In this document: positions 16,248 through 20,586 of the stretch, one piece after another
Position numbering within the stretch: position 1 is the stretch's first letter
How the letters are laid out: every line of letters starts with the position of its first letter
Source of the DNA: Deinococcales bacterium
Lineage (GTDB): Bacteria; Deinococcota; Deinococci; Deinococcales; JAAFIG01
Direction: 5' to 3'
Assembly (NCBI GenBank): GCA_043778225.1
Contig: JAYWGM010000058.1
Span: 1-20,586, forward strand
Length of the DNA: 20,586 bases
Program-made: the position numbers and the translations under genes
The notes under the pieces: model-generated
Told to the model about the DNA's origin: nothing
Databases searched by the model: none
What the model saw: the letters and a program-made list of their open reading frames with translations, nothing else

Positions 16248-18119
16248 ATGGAAAATATCACTTGGCAAGAGAAATTTCGGTATTGGTTTGATAACTTAAT
16301 GGCAAAAGGTCCACTTGCTACAATTGCGCTGTTGTTTTTAGCAAGTGTAGGTTTTATCAGCGTGATTGGTGTTTTGGTGACGCTCTTTGGCTTTGCGCCA
16401 GCCGGCGAAGATGGCAAACCCCAAGGTTTACCTGATGTGATTTGGGGTAACTTAATGCGAACCCTAGACAGTGGCACAATGGGTGGCGATACTGGCTGGG
16501 GCTTTCGGGTTTTTATGCTGATTGTGACTTTGGGTGGTGTATTTTTGGTCGCCAGTTTAATTGGCATTGTCTCGAGTGCCTTTGACGGGAAAATCGAAGA
16601 ACTCAAAAAAGGACGTTCCAAGGTACTCGAGACCGACCACACCTTGATTTTGGGCTGGAATCCACAGGTTTTTGGTATTTTATCCGAAATTTGTTTAGCC
16701 AACCAGTCACGTGCCCGACCCGCAATTGTGGTGATGTCCGAAACCGATAAATCCGAAATGGAAGAAGCGATTCGTGAACGGGTCCAAAATGGTAAAACCC
16801 GAATTATTTGTCGCAACGGTAATCCGATGGATTTGACCGACCTCGAGTTGGGCAATTTTAATGCTGCCCGCAGTATTATTTTGCTTGCTCCAAGTACCGA
16901 CGCTGACTCGAGCATCATTAAAACCACACTGGCACTGACCAATCATCCCAAGCGCAGCAAAAAACAATTTCATATTGTGGCAGAAATCCAAGACCCGAGT
17001 AACTTTGAAGCCGCCAAGTTGGTGGGTAAAGACGAAGCCCATTTTGTCTTGGCAAAAGATTTAATCTCGAGAATTACGGTTCAGACCTGTCGGCAGAGCG
17101 GTTTAAGTGTGGTCTACACCGAACTTTTAGATTTTGGTGGCGATGAAATTTATTTTTCTAAGCATCCAGACCTCGCTGGTAAAACCTATTTTGAAGTCCA
17201 GATGGCATTTGCTAAGTCGGCGGTGATGGGATTTTCTCGAGGTGGAACTATTCATCTCAATCCATCCCCAGATTCTAAGCTCGAGTCTAGCGACGAACTG
17301 ATTGTGATTGCCGAAGACGACAGCCTGATTACCCGCACCTCGCCGCCAACGCAACTCAATCTAAGCGCCATCGCAAGCGCTAAAGAAACACTGCCCCAAG
17401 CCGAAAAAACCCTGATTCTGGGCATCAACTCGAGCCTCGAGACGATCATCGCCGAACTTGACCAATATGTCGCGGCTGGCTCAGAAACCCTAATTATTGC
17501 TGATTTACCAGCCCCGACCTTTAAGCCGACCGAAAATCAAAAGCTGGTTTTTCGTCATGGCGACCCCTCAAGCCGCGCTGTCCTCGAGACCTTAGCGCCT
17601 TATGATTACGACCACATTATTGCTTTAGCCAACGATACCCTGCCAGTTCAAGCCGCCGATGCCAAAACCCTGATTACGCTTTTGCACTTGCGTGACATTG
17701 CCGATAAGCACGGACACGACTTGAGCATCGTTTCGGAAATGCTCGATTCACGCAACCGCGAACTTGCCGAAGTCACCAAAGCCGATGATTTTATTGTGTC
17801 CGATAAGCTGATTAGCTTAATGCTCAGTCAGATTTCTGAAAATAAGCAGCTTGCCGAAGTCTTTAGGTATTTATTCTCTAACGATGGCTGCGAAATTTAT
17901 TTGCGCCCAAGCCAAATGTACATCCAAGAAGGCACAACTGTTGATTTTTACACCGTTCTCGAGGCAGCCCGCCGCCGCAACGAAACCGCCATTGGATACC
18001 GCCTCGAGCAGCACGCCCACGATGCCAGCCAGTCGTATGGGGTCAAGGTTAATCCCAATAAACTCGAGAAGCTAAGTTTCTCTAATAAGGATAAAATTAT
18101 TGTCTTGTCTGAGGGCTAA
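16248..18119 (+). CDS. CASTOR/POLLUX-like cation channel with tandem RCK domains
   Basis: N-terminal TM-pore-TM with RTLDSGTMGGD, KGRSKVLETDHTLILGWN, RQSGLSVVYTELLDFGGDEIYF, DAKTLITLLHLRDI, NP.K. Confidence 0.88.
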   Translation: MENITWQEKFRYWFDNLMAKGPLATIALLFLASVGFISVIGVLVTLFGFAPAGEDGKPQGLPDVIWGNLMRTLDSGTMGGDTGWGFRVFMLIVTLGGVFLVASLIGIVSSAFDGKIEELKKGRSKVLETDHTLILGWNPQVFGILSEICLANQSRARPAIVVMSETDKSEMEEAIRERVQNGKTRIICRNGNPMDLTDLELGNFNAARSIILLAPSTDADSSIIKTTLALTNHPKRSKKQFHIVAEIQDPSNFEAAKLVGKDEAHFVLAKDLISRITVQTCRQSGLSVVYTELLDFGGDEIYFSKHPDLAGKTYFEVQMAFAKSAVMGFSRGGTIHLNPSPDSKLESSDELIVIAEDDSLITRTSPPTQLNLSAIASAKETLPQAEKTLILGINSSLETIIAELDQYVAAGSETLIIADLPAPTFKPTENQKLVFRHGDPSSRAVLETLAPYDYDHIIALANDTLPVQAADAKTLITLLHLRDIADKHGHDLSIVSEMLDSRNRELAEVTKADDFIVSDKLISLMLSQISENKQLAEVFRYLFSNDGCEIYLRPSQMYIQEGTTVDFYTVLEAARRRNETAIGYRLEQHAHDASQSYGVKVNPNKLEKLSFSNKDKIIVLSEG

Positions 18120-18120
18120 A

Positions 18121-19305
18121 TTATCCAACCTCGAGTTGCTGTTCATTCAGTAACTCGAGAAAGGCTTTTTCCAAGTCCAGAGGTAATTCTCTACCGCGCC
18201 GTTCGTTGTAAAAAGTACGGTATGCCTCGAGCGGATTAAGTTCTGGGGTATTTGTGGTCTCGAGGGCGGCTTTGATTTCTTGGTTTTGGACTTCGACCTC
18301 GAGTGCAAAAACTTGGTTTGGATTCCACCACGATTTTACGCTGGTTAAAATTCGGTCTTTTAAGCCCGGAATTGGTTCGATAAGTTGCACCACCAGTTTG
18401 GCATGACCCGAAAAACCTTTTAAGACCTCGAGTTGCTGCTCAATGCCTTCTAAATTGGTGCGGATATTCCGCAAGGTTTTGCCGCTCGAGAGTGGCAGAT
18501 GATGCACTTTGGCGGGTTTGCCGCGGCTGACTTCAATCAGATTGACTCGTTTTTGTTCGCCAGCTTCGCCAAAATCGAGTTGAACGATGCTGCCCGAGTA
18601 TTGCACGGGCGGCGCAACCCCAAGTTCTTGAGGTTTATGCAGATGCCCAAGTGCCACATATTGGGCGCTCGAAGGAAAACTCTGTGGGTCAAGGCTGTAG
18701 CTGTTGCTGACATGAAAACTGTACTCGGAGTTCGACAATAAGCCGCCGTCTAGCGTGGTGTGCAGCATCAGAATATTGACCGCACCAGCATCAAAATCTT
18801 TACACAGATGATTGACAAAAAAACGCATTCCATCGCGGTATTTTTGTCGCCATTCGCCAATGTCTGGGGCTTTGAGTAAATCGGCAGCTTTGACCAAACG
18901 CCGCTCGGATAAAAACGGCAGTCCAGCCACCACCAAGCTGCCAACCTCTAGCTCGAGCCGCACCGCTTTGAGGTCTGGGCGGACTGTGCCTAACAGACTG
19001 ACCTTCACCCTACTGAGCAGTCCAGCTACGCTCTCTAGGCGCTGTGGGTTGTCGTGGTTGCCAGCAATTACCACACTTGGAATTTTAGCAGCCCCTAACT
19101 CGAGAAAAAAATCATAGACCGCACTTTCGGCTTCGGCATTGGGGTTGGGGGTGTCGTAAATATCGCCAGCCACCAGCACGGCATCGACTTTTTCTGAGAT
19201 TGCCAAAGCACAGATTTCTGCTAAAGCAGCCCGAATTTCGCTGGTGCGCTCAATCCCGCGCAGGGTGCGTCCAGCGTGCCAATCGGCAGTGTGCAGTAAC
19301 TTCAT
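18121..19305 (-). CDS. sbcD: SbcD/Mre11 nuclease subunit
   Basis: MKLLHTADWHAG, AGDIYD, IAGNHD, YVALGHLHKPQ, YSGS...LDFGEAGEQK; start trimmed to the typical MKLLH. Confidence 0.93.
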   Translation of the reverse strand: MKLLHTADWHAGRTLRGIERTSEIRAALAEICALAISEKVDAVLVAGDIYDTPNPNAEAESAVYDFFLELGAAKIPSVVIAGNHDNPQRLESVAGLLSRVKVSLLGTVRPDLKAVRLELEVGSLVVAGLPFLSERRLVKAADLLKAPDIGEWRQKYRDGMRFFVNHLCKDFDAGAVNILMLHTTLDGGLLSNSEYSFHVSNSYSLDPQSFPSSAQYVALGHLHKPQELGVAPPVQYSGSIVQLDFGEAGEQKRVNLIEVSRGKPAKVHHLPLSSGKTLRNIRTNLEGIEQQLEVLKGFSGHAKLVVQLIEPIPGLKDRILTSVKSWWNPNQVFALEVEVQNQEIKAALETTNTPELNPLEAYRTFYNERRGRELPLDLEKAFLELLNEQQLEVG

Positions 19306-19506
19306 TGTTTTCATCATGACATTTTTAGCTGGTCTTTGGTTTGGTTTTTTGGCAGTCCAAAAGCCCGATGTCAAATTTATTGTAAGCGTTTACGATATGC
19401 CCTGTTGAGCGGGTATGGTCGTATTCAGGCAAACCGTACTCCAGCCAGCCCATGTTGTCCATGCCCGAATGGCAACATCACCCACACTCCGCCTTGGTGA
19501 ATAACC

Positions 19507-19719
19507 ATGAGTCGAATCCAAATAGAAAATGGCTATACCCTCTGCATCATGCACCGCCAACCCTATACCCATCTTTTACTCGAGCAACTTCTGCCTGACG
19601 GAAGTACCATCCTGCACGGCGAAAAAAGGCTAGAACGTGCCGAACTCGAGGACTTTTTGGCGATCAATACCAACAGCCTTTTGGACATCCAAGCTGCCCT
19701 ACAAAAAACCGACGCTTGA
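19507..19719 (+). CDS. Small hypothetical protein (70 aa)
   Basis: Two CTCGAG sites in the Leu-Glu frame as in host genes; stop overlaps the tRNA -35; no family recognised. Confidence 0.5.
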   Translation: MSRIQIENGYTLCIMHRQPYTHLLLEQLLPDGSTILHGEKRLERAELEDFLAINTNSLLDIQAALQKTDA

Positions 19720-19745
19720 CGAGTTGCATTTTAGGATGTTAAAGT
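19716..19745 (+). promoter_or_regulatory. tRNA promoter
   Basis: TTGACG-N18-TAAAGT with a TG extension. Confidence 0.7.
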
Positions 19746-19794
19746 CCTCCCTCGCGCAGCATCAATGCCCACCCTGTGCGTGGCAAGAGACCTA

Positions 19795-19871
19795 GGGCGG
19801 TTAGCTCAGCTGGTTAGAGCACCCCGCTGATAACGGGGAGGTCCGCGGTTCGAGTCCGCGATCGCCCACCA
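19795..19871 (+). tRNA. tRNA-Ile (GAU)
   Basis: Acceptor GGGCGGT/ATCGCCC, D-arm GCTC/GAGC, anticodon arm CCCCG-CTGATAA-CGGGG, T-arm CGCGG-TTCGAGT-CCGCG, encoded CCA. Confidence 0.98.
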
Positions 19872-19875
19872 CAAC

Positions 19876-19906
19876 AAACCCCTCGAGCTTTTGGTTCGAG
19901 GGGTTT
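19876..19906 (+). terminator. Intrinsic terminator after tRNA-Ile
   Basis: AAACCCCTCGAGC-TTTTG-GTTCGAGGGGTTT stem-loop. Confidence 0.75.
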
Positions 19907-19909
19907 ACT

Positions 19910-20386
19910 GCATGGCTCGAGCTACTTAATATACTGTTAAATAAATTCGTAGAATTTTTGCGAGCTATGCGAGTGAACACAAAGTACATTGTTGACGAGT
20001 GCGGAGACTCTTTGGAGCGAAGCGGAAAATAGTCAAAGCATTTAGTAAACAATGTACTGAGCAGTGTCGAAAGCCGAATTCTCGAGTATGGCGAATGGAA
20101 TCTGGTGTTTTGGTACTGCAACCCAAGCCTTGGCAACGATGGCTGGAGCTTTTTAGCGTCTGATTTGACATGGTTGCAAAGCACCTTAAAAACCGAGCGC
20201 CCAAGTGTTATTTTTAGCCACGCACCTTTTTCGGGGGCTTCGATGCTCGGTAATTTTTATTTCGAGCCACTGCCCAAATATGGTGGCTACGCGCCCAGTG
20301 CCGAATTGCGTTCAATCCTCGAGAACAGCCGAGTCGAGCTTTGTATTGCTGGGCATTGCCACTGGAACAGTCTCATACCAAATTAA
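19910..20386 (+). pseudogene. Degraded calcineurin-like metallophosphoesterase
   Basis: C-terminal motifs IFSHAP and IAGHCH intact. The same frame upstream has an LLNKFVEF...IVDECGD remnant, an in-frame TAG at 20030-20032, and no DxH or GNHD motif. Confidence 0.7.
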
Positions 20387-20586
20387 GGTAAAGAATCGCT
20401 TTTTGATTCTTTACCCGACCAAGCGACCACGCCCGAAGGTGCGCGTATGTGGTCAAGAACGGGAGTATTAACGATACCGAATTTAACGCGAGAAGCGCGA
20501 ACAGCCCGCGAGGTGCTGTTTTGTGAGCAAGAACGACAGTTTGCCGTTCTTCAGGCAAACGAGAGTGATTAAGTTAATTCGGTATC
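20375..20586. mobile_element. MITE-like non-autonomous element(s), possibly nested; may extend past the window end
   Basis: Left ends ATACCAAATT (20375) and ATACCGAATT (20474), right end AATTCGGTAT (20576-20585), internal hairpins, no credible ORF. Confidence 0.6.

Noticed and set aside
14192..16942. Long antisense ORFs (14192..14689 +, 14734..15186 +, 16151..16942 -)
   Set aside because: They lie opposite well-supported genes and have Ser/Thr-rich shadow composition with no motifs.
19306..19506. Upstream extension of sbcD to 19374 and short ORFs in this gap
   Set aside because: SbcD normally begins at MKLLH; the short ORFs lack SD, promoter geometry or motifs.
19858..19865. Cyanobacterial HIP1 site GCGATCGC
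   Set aside because: Only copy noticed, and it lies inside the tRNA stems.
19795..20586. Integrative element or prophage at tRNA-Ile
   Set aside because: No integrase and no duplicated tRNA 3' end within the window.

Overview
Mostly housekeeping DNA, most likely from a Deinococcota bacterium (a Gfh1-type Gre paralogue and several TANNNT-N6/7-start leaderless promoters), with GC near 50%, low for that phylum. Genes: rplS, gfh1, an FMN-riboswitch-controlled NMT1/THI5-type ABC importer (probably riboflavin), a DUF4375-like ORF, thrS, an outer-membrane beta-barrel/YigZ/RlmI cluster, a LysN-like aminotransferase, a vWA-FHA-(pseudokinase/PP2C)-Ser/Thr kinase operon, a CASTOR/POLLUX-like channel, a lone sbcD, tRNA-Ile(GAU) and a degraded metallophosphoesterase. 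Main unexplained signals: (1) the palindrome CTCGAG occurs about 134 times (manual count; about 5 expected) in all reading frames and in regulatory RNA, like a HIP1-type highly iterated palindrome; (2) a leaderless Thr-codon leader peptide upstream of thrS, a candidate ribosome-sensing attenuator; (3) an FMN riboswitch with an atypical P5 loop and J1/2; (4) dispersed structured non-coding repeats: an octamer-array element, a ~40-nt hairpin module in three places, and a MITE-like element that truncates a gene. All calls come from reading the sequence and recalling family motifs; no searches were run.
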